Positions 24,501 to 37,700 of a stretch of DNA of 40,833 bases are shown in pieces (the first letter of the stretch is position 1; every line of letters starts with the position of its first letter). The position numbers and the translations under genes were made by a program. Location of the stretch: the NCBI RefSeq assembly GCF_001186125.1, contig NW_014040250.1:49933-90765 (forward strand), read 5' to 3'. This DNA is from Sphaeroforma arctica JP610. Its lineage: Eukaryota. The notes under the pieces are model-generated. The model searched no databases. It was given only the letters and a program-made list of their open reading frames with translations, and was not told the DNA's origin.

Positions 24501-27500
24501 ACAAATGTGGTAGACATCTCGCGGTGAAGCGCTACAGCAACTGCCGCGGGTGGTTTGGAGCGGTTTGGCGTCCCTTCCAGTCACCTCCAAGTGATGTGAA
24601 GGCCTGGGAGACTCAGTAAGCCCAATGGCGTACCCTTACCATGCTTTAGTTAACGAAGTAGGCACGTGCTTTATCCGGATTTCACATTCAAGATGCCTGA
24701 TTTTCAATCTACAGATAATCATGTAACTAATATATACTTACTTAAATCTAACATGCCCGAAGGTATTTCTGAAAGGACTGACTTGACATACAGCACGCCT
24801 GAAGCTACATCTGAAATAACTGACTTGACATAACAACATACCTGGATTTACATCTAAGATACCCGATAAACAATCTTTCACGCCTGAGTTTACATCTCAC
24901 TATCTGACACTTACATCTAACTACACTGGAATTGCATTTGACGTACTATACTTCATAACTCACATACCTGTCCTTCAAGATTCCGTCCATCTTTAGTAGG
25001 GTGAATCGGGGGATGTGACTGGTCATTGTGTGTACCCTGTCGTGGCCTGATCGGCGGTGCGTCTTGTGCGAGTAGGTTGCGCGCAAATTGACCCCATTGT
25101 GGATGCTCAGTCTAGCCGAATAGTATGAAGAAAAACGTTGGTTTATGCAAAATAAATTACATCATAATTTTAATTAATGCAAGCCCGAATGCCGGAGAAT
25201 AGATCATATCTTCTCTAAGCGAAGCTTGTGCAAATAGAGTGCGCGAAGCGTCCCTCATCACGGCTATGATTCCAGTGATACTTTACCCAACGAATAGTCC
25301 GTAAAGGGATATACCTGTTGTTGGATTATCGCTGGTAAATCCATGCTCGATAGGAATTGGTCAGTCTCGGTACGCGGGTAAGATATGTATCCCTCCATGT
25401 ACAACTTCTCCGCAAGTTGCATACACCGATTGGAATCGATAAACAGCTTTCTCGACACGAGTTTGCACATCTCAACAGTTGTTAGCGGTAGCGGTGTCCA
25501 TCTCTTCTTCTCTTTACCTTCTATCTTCACCACCTCCGCCACGCGTGCATGTCGACACTCTAACAGATATTGCTCGACCTGCTCTTTGTCAAACAGACGG
25601 TTCCGTGCCCACAGAAACTATGCATTGTAGTAGATCAGCGGTGAGGGAAGTGCAGTACCTGCAAGGTTCTTTCGTGCTGCGCCCGGACATTGAAAACATA
25701 AAGCGCGAAGAATAATTTGCACATCCGGGCCAACATAAATATGTAAGATGACCCGAACAGAGATGACTCATAGGCCTACCACCCTCGAGCGCAATCAGAA
25801 AGCACCCAAAACTACGGCCACAGCACCATTGCACTGCTCCTCTTCGTGGAGTGATCGCGTCACGAGCACGCACACCGGACGAGAAACAGATGACTATGTA
25901 TATATATCCAGGCCTCAGGATCGAACTTTCAAATCAATGATATACATCGCAAACACGGGCGTGAACTTGAGAGTAACACCAGCCTGTAAACAACTAAAAC
26001 ACCTTCACAATCTGGTTGGCATCCTCAGCACACTCAATGATGTACATCACAAAAACAGCCAGAAACTTGAAACTGACACCAGTCTTCTGTTACCAACTAA
26101 CACACCTTCACAGCCTGGTTGCCATCCTCAGTACACTCAATGATGTACATCATAAAACAGCCAGAAACTTGAGACTGACACCAGTCTTCTGTTACCAACT
26201 AACACACCTTCACAGCCTGGTTGCAATACTCAGCACACTCAATGATGTACTTCACAAAAACAGCCAGAAACTTGAGACTGACACCAGTCTTCTGTTACCA
26301 ACTAACACACCTTCACAATCTGGTTGCCATCCTCAGCACCGGCCGTGTACTGCATGTCGATCTTCCAGAACGCCTCACTTACGAAGGCCTCCACCTTACA
26401 ATACTGATCAATGACAAACCCAAGCGTGGGGAATTGACAGGGCCCTGCTTGTCGGATAGCACCGAGCGTGTGGGAGCAGAGAAAAGGCGATTAGAACCAG
26501 CCAACGAGCATCTAGCAGCAGTAGGTCGGTGTTGAGAAACAGTGTTCGAGCGAGTCTCCAGGAATAGTGAACAGTGTGTGGATTTGGAAGCAATACGCGA
26601 GTGCAACAGGTAGACAGCAAGCGAATAGAAGCTCTAGGCATTGACCAGGCCTGGATTTCGATATGGTTTTAGACTGGTATAAAGCTTGCCCGTGGTGCTC
26701 ATGTGGTGAGGAGAAAATCTTTGGCTAGGGTGCATTGTGTGAATTCGGGAATAAGGCCTACGTGCCAGGTTGCAATATACTTTGTCATCTACGACAGGAT
26801 TTTCAATTCCACAGCAGATATAGATATGACAGCACACGAAAGTGAAACAGCACACACATAATGTACTTGAAAGCCGCACGCACCTGTATACCACAACTGA
26901 ACAAGCAAGGCACATCCATGCCATACATGAAAGGAAATTACACGTCCATACCGTAACTGATGATCTTCTCGTGTAGATCTGCAAATCTCGGCTGCAAACA
27001 TAGCGTCTGCATGCGCGTGAACGCTGCCCCCACACGCAAGTCCAGTTCTGATCTCGCATCCACAGCGTCGCTTTCGTGTTGATTGACTGGTCTAAGCGTG
27101 TTACACGCCTTGATAAGCTCACCGTGTGTAACCGCACTGAACTGTGCACGTAACACCCGCAGACCTCTGTTAGCACTCAGACATATATCTCGTATCTCGC
27201 ATGCTATATTCTCCCCTTCCCTATCGCAGTCAGTCCACAGTACTAGCCAATCGCTCTGTCTAGACTCTCTGATCAACGTTTTCTCGATGTTCTCCATTTC
27301 AGCCTTAACGCGTTTGTCGACATTAGCTGTGAACAGGACCGCCGGTGATACCGACGCCCATGACTTGTATGCAAGCGGAAACGCATGCTCCATCACATGC
27401 CCCGATACAGACGTCATCTTCACATGACACATCTCTCCAAGCATGTTGCATTGATACTCGTAGATTTTGTTGTACACAGAAAGACCATTGCGTACATTAT

Positions 27501-27591
27501 AACCTCGTCCAATGATCTGAGACACTCCTTTGGCGACCGAAGGCTTCTCAGCCACACATAGCACACGTGGTGGTCCTTGTCGTCGCGGCAT
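15552..27591 (-). CDS. TOP3A: DNA topoisomerase III alpha (type IA), 19 exons, ~1620 aa, with expanded zinc-finger C-terminus
   Basis: Minus-strand exons, all phases consistent: 27591-26952, 26444-26311, 25617-25315, 25111-24968, 24406-24205, 23750-23580, 23026-22920, 22662-22482, 22161-21923, 21682-21571, 20646-20554, 20009-19201, 19026-18994, 18767-18579, 18386-18259, 17920-17827, 17353-17240, 16975-15977, 15725-15552 (TAA). Motifs: TOPRIM VLCVAEKPS, TSVSGH, WTDCDREGENI; SYGPCQFPTLGFV; catalytic GYISYPRTET (Tyr codon 25378-25380); HPPIHP; GIGTDAT; zf-C4 CQGCG...CMGYPTC; GRF fingers; terminal CSICKQPGHTMRTC knuckle typical of TOP3A rather than TOP3B. The small exons in the low-complexity part (e.g. 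19026-18994) are less certain. Confidence 0.93.
25965..26339 (-). repeat. ~103-bp tandem repeat (~3.5 copies) overlapping the TOP3A exon 2/intron 2 junction
   Basis: CCTTCACA core at about 26002, 26105, 26207 and 26310. The unit includes the last ~28 nt of exon 2 and its donor. Confidence 0.9.
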
Positions 27592-28507
27592 GGTTGTGAG
27601 ATGAGTACACTGTCAACTACGAGAAAACGCACCGATTGTTTTTCAGGTGCAAGCGCAGCATACCTATCATACGAAAATTTCGAAAATAATGTGGTTCTAA
27701 AATATGCATATACTTTGATTGTAAGATTACCGCACGTCTGCTGACTTTTCTGGCAGGTTGACCGCTATAAGAATAATTCACTGTAGCCCCCCTTTCGCAT
27801 CGAACATCCTCCAGATCTCGGCGCAAAAATCGAAAACATATAGCTAATTTTATATAGGCGAAGAGTGGCTAAGATGGATTGCGTTCTATGGTCTCAGCAA
27901 GAGTTTCGGCATAGCCATTACCATAGGCCTATCTCACCAAGCGATTACGAGAGGACTTGCAACTCATATTATATAGTCAGACGGAACCAAACCGTTGATT
28001 ATTATGCCGATGTATCCGTCGGCGTCCCATCACTGACCCTATCTGTGGCGACTCCCAACAAAAATATCTCTCAAATATGTAGCGCGTCAAATTTTAAGTC
28101 CAATCGAAATTGCAAACCGCCTCTCCCGAAATTTTGATGTACCCATTTGTAGCCCTCGCCCCTCGGCCCTTTGTATGTCATAAACAAATATATTTAATTC
28201 AAAGGGCCATGATGTATTATTATATTTTATAAAATATTTCCACCACACCCACAGCATTCTAAAATCTAAATTGAACAACCGTATGTACCAACATAGCCTT
28301 CTAAATGTAGCATTGATACCAAAAAGTTTATATATATATATATATATAAACACTCTGCTCTGGAGAGAGAGAAAATAATCATCATCCTTCTACTTCCGGG
28401 AATCGATATTTTCAGAGAGAGCCGTTTCCTCGAGAGGGTCACGGTTTTTATCGTTTGATGTGGTATCACATATAAAGGCTATAAAAGCCTCCACACATCA
28501 CCAAATT

Positions 28508-28690
28508 TACTCCTATATTCCTACATAATTTTTTTTGCAATACAGGGTGCGGGTAGCTTCCTAAAAAAAATCCGAAGGCTATTTGTATATGCTTTCAGGT
28601 CTCTATGGTGCAAATCATATAATATAGGAATATTGTGTAGGAATATAGGGGTACGGGTAGCCTCCTAGAAAAATACTAGGCTATTTGTAT
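28508..28690. repeat. Interleaved imperfect inverted (22 bp) and direct (~40 bp) repeats
   Basis: TACTCCTATATTCCTACATAAT (~28508-28529) vs ATTGTGTAGGAATATAGGGGTA (~28632-28653), 20/22 complementary. GGGT[G/A]CGGGTAGC...GGCTATTTGTAT occurs at ~28545 and ~28649. Confidence 0.65.
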
Positions 28691-28802
28691 GTTTTGGTTC
28701 TTCTGACGTGAATATCAAAATGATTATCATGTAAACAATCTGAAGCCTATTCTTTTAATAGTACAAGTCCTGCTATATGTGTTACAGTTTATTGTATTTG
28801 TA

Positions 28803-30970
28803 CTACACGTATCTTCCCTCGGCATCCATTTTGTGTGTGCGTAGGTGAACCGTCAAACTGCCGCTTGCCTGATAGCTCATAGAGCATCCTTCCACGGGAC
28901 AGGGAAAGGGGTAATTCGCTGTGTGGCGATAGTAATGTTTCTTAAGATCGCTCGGTCTGGAAAAGGTTTTCCCGCAATTCGGCCAGCTACATACCGTCAA
29001 GAGCTTCTCTTCATTGCTGGGCCGTGTAGTGTAGCTCTGCACGGGTTGTGGAGGCGAGGGGGGCTGTGGGGAGGTCACTTTGATACTTGTAACCTTGGTA
29101 AGTGCTTCTAAATCCTTCTCATACGCCTGCTCGTCCACTGTATACTGGTCTTCCGAAAAATACGGCTCTACAGTAAACCATCGGTCTTCTGAATCCTCTT
29201 GGTCCTCCTTCATGTGTTCCCCGTCAGCCTCATTTGTCAAGGACGAGCTCGGCAGCGCGTTGGCGCGTTTCTCTCGCTTGCGTGCCCGTGACCGTGAGCG
29301 ATTCTCGCGCTTGTGATCTCGTTTGGATTTTATTTTCCTTGCTCCAAGTCCATCACACGACCTCACATGCTGGCTGAGATTAACTGGTCGCGTAAACAGC
29401 CTGTTACATCTATTACAGGCGAGCTTTGCACTCACGCTCTTCTTATTCGGTCTCTCGTCAGCTTCCGCAAAATCGCACACGCGAGAATGAATCTTCAAGT
29501 CGGACATGGTGCCGAATTTCTTCTCGCATCCAGTATTCGAACAACTATGTTTAAGCAAGGACACTAGTTGTGGACTTCCCGGTCGACTCGACAGAGGTTC
29601 CTCCGCATCATTCACCACAACATCCGAATTTGAGTGTATGCGACCGTTGCGCAAGCTCCTGGCGGTATCTTCATTGTCGTTTGCGTGGTCCACTGCACCG
29701 GCGTTCGTTTCAGCCACTGTGTGATTCGTTTCGGCCACTATGTGATTCGTTTGCCCATCCACATCATTCGTGCTAATTAAACGGCTCCTCGGTGCCACAT
29801 TATACCTGTATGCACGCCTGGCCTTCCGGGACCTCCCACCCGCGACATTGGCTGTGTGCACACCGTCCGCCTCAGCCCCCACCAGATCAGTTTTTAGTTT
29901 GCTCAGCAACCGTGTTTGTGCAATGTTATTGCCACGTTCCTTCCTAGTGAGCCCATCCCTCGCTTCTGCCATTGGCGCCCAATTTGTCGCGTGCGAGACC
30001 GCGTGGCTAATAATCTGCGGCCCAGTTTTATGCGTCTTACCACAGCATGTCCAAGTACTCATGACCCAGTGCTCCGCGCCTTTGACGTGCTTGTGTCTTG
30101 AACTCTCACTCAATCGATTGTCGCTATTCTCTTTCGGCAGCTGGGTACGTCGGTCGGCGTCGCTCATAGGTGATGCCAAACCGTCCTCGCGCCGCCGCAT
30201 GACGGTAGCAGACGTATAAGCTCCGTCAAAATCTATCAAGTCTGGTGGACCATCCGAAGTTTCGTCACCAGGTGCAATCTCTTCCTCTTTATCAGATAGG
30301 AACATCTCCCGATCTGTTTGTTCATGCACGTTTCTTCGTGTTTTGTCAGTAGCCGCCTGAGTATCCGCTATACTGTCACCTACATTGTCTTGCTGCAGCC
30401 GTTCTGTGTCTGAGCCTCTGCCTGGCTCCGAACTCATATCTCTCTCGCCATTCCGATTTCGTGCGATAGCAGCCAACTTCTGTTGCAGTACACTCGGCTC
30501 GTCTAAATCACTACCTCTTTGATAGGTTTGCCCTTCTAGATTGTCGCGCGACTCATTCGGTTGTACGTATGCCTCGTTTTGAGGTGATCCATATTCTTCC
30601 TTGCTATCTTGTGAACGACCACAATGCACGGGATCGTATCGGTGCACCTCATTCCAGTGATACGACTGTGTGCAAAGACCGGATGCGTTGTCAGAATACT
30701 ATGGCGTAAAGGTCACAAGAGTCGAAAATATAGATAAAGGACTTAAAGATACCAAGGGACGCAATTCATATTCTCTTGGTATTGATAAGGGTTGCAATCC
30801 AGTTCGATCAACAAACTCTTTACGCAACATAAGCAAATTTCGACAATACTTTGCATTTCGTCTCCCTCCATCAACCATTAAAATTTCTTCTATACTCAAT
30901 GTCGAATATATACTATCTAAATATACATATAAATCTATATATATATATATATAAATATATTCATATATAT

Positions 30971-31011
<41 letters not shown>

Positions 31012-31112
31012 TATATATATAGTGTGTGTGTGTGTATAGTATGTGGTATAGTATATATAGTAAATATGTATGTATNNNNNNNNNNNNNNNNNNNNATTAT
31101 GTATGTGTGTAT

Positions 31113-31152
<40 letters not shown>

Positions 31153-31688
31153 TTATGTGTGCTTGAGTGAGTGAGTGAGTGAGTGTGTCTGCGTGTGTGT
31201 GCGTGTGTGGGTACTCGTACACACACGTGTGAGTATGTATGTATGTGTGTGTGTGTATGTGTGTGTGTCCGTAGGTGCGTGTGTATTTGTGTGTCAGTGA
31301 GCGAGAAGGTGTGTACACGTACAGACATGTCCATTGATCAACATGCTCATTTGAAACAACATCACAAAATTGCAAAAATGCCTTCTAAGACCTTGACAAC
31401 ATCATGCACATGGGATTAGCTGTCATACTATGACAATACTAGGAAGAGTGAACGACGATTGTGTACAATATTTGCTATAGGCCAGAAATACGGTCACAAG
31501 TCTAAGTACTTTGGATTATAAACTTTCTTAGAATAAGTTTAATAAATAAATAACACCGTGCGCTCGCGTACCTGGCACTCTGTCGAGCAATAGAACCGCT
31601 TCGACCCACAAGGACACTGACATTCAGCCGGTTCATTGCACACGCAGCAGATTTTGCTTGTCAGACTTGGTGGCGAGACAGACGACAT
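28803..31688 (-). CDS. MYND-finger plus C2HC/C2H2 zinc-finger protein, putative transcriptional regulator (2 exons, ~659 aa)
   Basis: Exon 1 31688-31572 (MSSVSPPSLTSKICCVCNEPAECQCPCGSKRFYCSTECQ|gtacgc) joins in frame to exon 2 30665-28803 (cacag|SYHWNEVHRYDPVHC...), completing a MYND pattern YCSxxCQxxHWxxxH...C. Downstream are CSNTGC...H...C, CNRC...H...C and a tandem C2H2 pair, CSWPNCGKTFSRPSDLKKHYYRH-TANYPFP-CPVEGC...HLRTH. The 614-aa ORF in the track is exon 2. Confidence 0.85.
30936..31310. repeat. (TA)n/(TG)n/(GAGT)n compound microsatellite in the MYND-C2H2 gene intron, with small gap 31076-31095
   Basis: Seen directly. Confidence 0.9.
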
Positions 31689-34297
31689 AGTCTCCGGCCT
31701 TCTTATCGTGCAAACAAACAGGTGCTTTCAAGTTGAGAGAAACAGAGATGAGATATCTCGTATCGTCAGTTTCTGACTTTCAAATGACGACGTGTATGAA
31801 ATATGTTTTAGGTATCTTTGTATTGGCACGTTTTATACACGATATTTTATATTTACCATGATGGCAATGTATTTTAAAATTCATTTCGAAAGTCAAAGAA
31901 GGGGGGGGGGGGGGTTTACTCCAACAAAAACAAACGTGTGACGACTGACGACTGACGAGGCAGAGCAGACATTACACCAAGGCCTATTTATAACTATCTT
32001 CTGCGCCGAAACTATCTATCTGTCCTCGAATAAATCTATCTGTCCTTGCTTCTATAATAAGCTTCGAGTTCTGAAAGGGGTTTCTATATTTCTCGTTACA
32101 AACATGACTTAATATCGTAATAGAAATTCGTGATATGTATATAGATGGCTCAAGATTCTAAGTTGCAACCTTCGTCGCAACAATATGTTAGAAACTTGGA
32201 ATACATAATTTACAGTAATACATTAGGATACAGAGGCGCCAACAGAACATTTTAAGTAAAACAACCCCGTATGGTCGTCGTCTATTTGTTATGTACTGTG
32301 GAGTACATAATACAATACCATCTTCGCAAATTGAATGTCTCCCTGGCTTTGTGTATTTATAGTCCCATTAATCTTGTCGCGCAAAATGTGTATTTACTGG
32401 GAAGCTCCTAGATACTGATTGGAGTATATCCAATTTTCATGTAGTTGCAATTCCCATTTTTGGCCCTCTCGCTGAATCGGTATGTAAGGAGTGACACTTC
32501 GAATCGCACCCTGTGATGATTCAACCGCTTTCGTTCGATACTATCTTCATCTCTCAATAAGAGTTTTTTTTTTCACTTGTCATTTCCGTTATCGTATATA
32601 ACAAATCTATCGTATATTATCCGCTGATCGAACTATTCAATATAAACGAATATATTCCATCTCAGCAAGTTAGAACTCAAATTATTAAATATCTCCGTTT
32701 CATAATGATAAAGCACGGTCGATATTTTCTACCATGGCATACACCTTCAACATTCCGTTTCAGTGACATGGATACACTGCGAGTGTAAATATCAATTATG
32801 CTCCGATTACCATTAATCAATTCATGCTTCGTAATTTCTTCTAAGCTGCACTATATTTGATCAACCGCTTCTTAATACTAGAAGGGTAGAACTCGCCTTT
32901 TAAGTGCTAAAGGCTCAAGCGTGTTCTGGTAAAATACAAAGTCCCCATTTAACGCCTTATTAATGCGTCATAGAATGAGAATTTTATGGAAAACAACCAC
33001 GATATCGTGGATATTATGCTACTACAGCAATGTATTATTTTATGGCGTCCTTGAAAGGGATGGGCTGTACTTGTGCGATCGTAAACATATAGAGCGCCAG
33101 AATTTGATCACACTTTCTTTTTCTCCTCTTGACACAAGTCAAATAAAGGTGCCTCGCAGCCCCAACCCAAATTGTTCTTCAGGAGATTAATCTAACATCG
33201 CTTATTGTATAATAAAGGTGCATACACAATACTTTTGGAACTGACGTCTGAGTGTGATTCGCAAGGAAGACCCAAATAAAAGTAAATCTGGCCTTAGTAA
33301 TAGCCAGCTTGGAGTATAATGCTTCATTATACGTGGCTTTTCTCAGCACGCTTTGACTTGATAATTAATCAGTCTTGAGGAGGGGGGGGTTTTTTTTGTC
33401 ATGTGTTCTGACTGTTCTGCGCAGCTGAAAAAAAATTGTTTACGAAAAAAAAAAGAAACAAGGGATTCAGACTTTAGAGTCTCAGAGATTCTGGGAACCA
33501 GCCAACCAGCCAACCAGAGAGAATGAGCCTATGAGGGATCTCATAAATATATTAATAGTAGATCGATCTATTCTGGAGTAAATTCTTGTAAATTATTCAC
33601 GTGTGCGCCTGACGCCTGTGCGGTGTGTGTGCACATCCAGTTTTATGCCGTGAACGTCAACTATCACCACTTCTCAAGTTCTCTCTCTATTTTTCTTCCA
33701 CTGCTATTCTCTAGAGAGAGAGAGAGAGAGTGCTACGTATGAATTCAGAAATGTGCATATACGACTTGTAAACATGAAAACCTATATGAAAGCGTCAGGC
33801 TCAAGATGGCAGACGTAGGAGTCGGGCGTACTGGCGACAATTTTATTCTTTTTTAAAGTATTCTTGTTATAATGTTATTACAGCGGACCTAACAAGCACT
33901 TTGTCAGGCAAAGGCACAAACTATCTTTATACGGCTCCGACACGCAATTCGTGGATAGAATGTGACTATAGACAATCTTTGCCAGTTTCTCAATATCGTT
34001 AGCTCTGCTCTTTATATTTTACAAAGGTTTATATCGATAATATTTGGTCCTCCCGACCAATTGCACCGTAGAGTACAGGAAATATTAAGACCACTGGAAG
34101 TTTGTTCCTTGTCCGTGGTCACTTTCAGAATTTCGCACCACGTCTACGACTTTGATTTTGCCTACAGTATGGCAAAATCAGAAGAGCAATAATGATTGAG
34201 CTTCGAAACAGTTGCAAATATTTGCACACCACGCAACGTGGTGGCTCACTCAGCATTGAGACACAGCTCGAATTTGGTTATATACCTGTCTACGCTT

Positions 34298-34710
<413 letters not shown>

Positions 34711-34798
34711 TGATAATGTCAACCATAAAGTTTTGATTTGAGATCCGCAATAAGCACCACGTGTCACTAAATATACCGCTGAGAGCACATACAATGAC

Positions 34799-37700
34799 TT
34801 ACAATAAAACAGCGGCTTGCTGAAGATTGTTCAGCACCAAATCGAGTCGTTCTGGAATAGAACCCCGCTTGTCATTCGGAGTCATCCCGAGTCTTTGTGA
34901 TGAGCCTTGTTGCTGTACACGCAAACCTTCACTCCTTCCCAGACTCATACTTATACAGTTTTCTTTGACAGTTGGGGATATCGTTCTACCCATGCCAGAA
35001 GTCAAAGCAATGCCACTCTGTGCACGATGTTTGAGGAGGGGGGCAGGTTTCAATGTGGTACAAGTCGCGGCTCTTGCAGGTTTGCCCACCTTCATACCCA
35101 CACTGTCTGGAACCTTGAATACGTCGTCCAAGCTACCGGTCTTGTCTGTTGCCTTACTCCCCGTTTGTAATTGGGTAAGTACACCATCGTCTGTACTTTC
35201 TTTACCTGTAAACCTCTTGCTTGTCTCACTGTGTTCGTACTTTGAACTACTATCCGCGTCGGAAGTTTCGCCAGCTGAGCAGAGATCCCCCTCACTTTTG
35301 CTGACAGCACCCAGTATATTGCCCAGCAGCCCTTTGATAGAGAATGACTCGGTACTGGCCGTGCGCATGGCAAGCAGAGCGCTCATCGAAGTTGTTTCGC
35401 TACCATCTTTACCACATAGTTGTTCTCTGCTTTCCCCGGCGCTTGTGGTCGATGTGCTGCTATGCTTGCTGGCTTGGCTGCTCGTATTGCTCAGCTTGCC
35501 TTTCTGTCTGGTTTTGGCAGTTGGTGCGCTCGGGGTGGATGATGTTTTCGATCCCGATCCCGATGAACCGCCGAGTGTTTGGCGCAATGTGTTGAACCTT
35601 CGTGTGAGACTCGCAACGTCTTTTTCCAGATTGAGTTGCGCCTTCGGTGTATTATTCCGACAAGTGGGACACTTTTTGGATTTGTATGTTTTAGACTTGC
35701 GCGTATCCTCAGCGGCACGGAACGACAGATTCTGTGCAAGGTCATTTTTTTAAGCTATCAGTAATTGCGCGAACTTGACCTGAGGTAGAACGAAGCCTGA
35801 ATACGCTAGAAAGCTCGATACGTAGTCCCCGAAAAACCTATATGGCGCTACGAAAGGAGCTAGATTCTTAACTGAAGAAAAATATACACGAATTATTATT
35901 AAGCCAACTATTAACGTCCAACATATAGCGCACATAAACATACCCTTTGGATGTACTTTGATCGATTTTCTGGCGGAAGAGCTATTCTGTCGATATATCG
36001 CCTTACAAAGGGGATATGCAACTTGATCAAGGCATTCAGGGGTCTCATATACATTTCTTTTTCGGCAAACTCAACGCCATTGGCAATGTTCTGGATCGTT
36101 TTGCTGATGAGCTTGAGAGTTCGCGACACTCTGCGTAGGGTAAGGATGAACTCTTTAATATAAGGAATTTGACCCTATAGCTGGAGCCACCCAACACAGT
36201 TTTCGCTATGGCACTGGATGAAAGCCTGTATTGTAGGCCATACAGTACAAGTGCACACTATACCAAACAGTCCGAATGCATTATATGCGACACCTACACA
36301 AACTGTGATACAAAGTATCAAATCAACCATGACGATCAATTCATTATTTCTATTATGAAATCAAATAATGTCAACGAACCATGCTAATCATGCCTGCACG
36401 ACAAGTACCTTTCATCAGTATAGTCGTCTGCAAGACCGAACTGCTTCGGACTAAGGATGGCTGGGTTGAAAAATCTCAGGAAGAGGAAACTGCTGATGGC
36501 AGTATAGCGGGCGTTGGGCTCATCTGGAAATTTCTGTACAACCACCGACTGTAGTCGGCTGAATACATTCCGGAGAGGTTCGGGACATTCATGTACCGAA
36601 CTGTATATCTGAAATAATATTTTCTCTATTATTTCGGACAGATACTTGAGATTGGTATCCGTGCAGCTCTGCCAGAATATTGTTTGTCATAATCAGTTAG
36701 TGGCAGCAATTGACAATAATATAATAATCCGAACGACTGCTCAGTCATTAATGTAGCACTAAAAATACCTAGTGAAGAACCCAAACAAGTAACTGAGAAA
36801 ACATTGCAACTTTAGAAGTGTGATATGACCCATGTATGCACGAATACATACGTTAGCTTCGACCAATTCTGGATCAATCTCTGCACTATGCCTCGACTTG
36901 TTCAGTACATCGGAAAGTACCGGGCACAGAACATCATGCAGATAGCTTCGCCCTGTATGGTGAAGAATGCGAGTAGCCTTAGTTTGGATGTTCATACTTG
37001 ATTAAAGCCGTTAAGCTGGGGAAAAGCCCGGTCAAATCACCAAGATAGTGCATGATATGGCCACGCGACAATGTGTAAAAGCACCTGCGGCATGTCTAGT
37101 ACGAGCCCTTCCCCTGGGATAAGTAGTTGTTTCGACTGAGTGGTGCCGTACCTGTGTCCAGACGACTACAGCAGCTTTTACTATTAAACTTAAACTTCAT
37201 TCCGGCGGAAACTCCTTAACTGAAAATAGGGACACGCTTGTATACTTTTGCAATACCTATTCGGTTCATCCAGGAATCCATGAACTTGGAGGCCAGAGAA
37301 TTCCCCCTGAAGATGGTGGTGTAGCTAGTCGTCTCGTTGACTTCCTCCTTGCAAACCGTGTTGATGAAGGCCATGGAGTGGTTCTGCTGAGGCGTTGAAC
37401 ATGCCTGCGTGAAAGTAAAGTGTATGAGTCCGCGCTGCATCTCAGCATAACAAGTATGCGATAGTTTGGTGTGCCATATCGCCCACAAATAGGGTGCGAG
37501 AATGACGGGGAGCTACGCTGAAATCAGAAAAATGAGAGGCAACAACCGCAACCCACCTCGTACACGCGCATCAGTAGTGTGGCGGTGGCCTTGATATCCG
37601 CTGCAGCCATGTGTGCAATGAACTTTCTAAGCTTGTTCAATTCATGAGGGTCGTTCTCGAGCAGCAGATCCAGAAAGTCCGAGTAGTAGTCTAAGGGCAG

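Noticed and set aside
31700..34290. Possible gene or ncRNA in the AT-rich intergenic region
   Set aside because: Only short ORFs without motifs are present, and no tRNA, rRNA or snRNA signature was recognised by eye.
34827..35753. 308-aa Leu/Ser-rich plus-strand ORF
   Set aside because: It is antisense to the last RasGAP exon and has no independent motif.
35732..35754. Apparent frameshift at the start of the last RasGAP exon
   Set aside because: It is resolved by using the downstream acceptor (cttgcacag, exon start 35731), which restores the frame.
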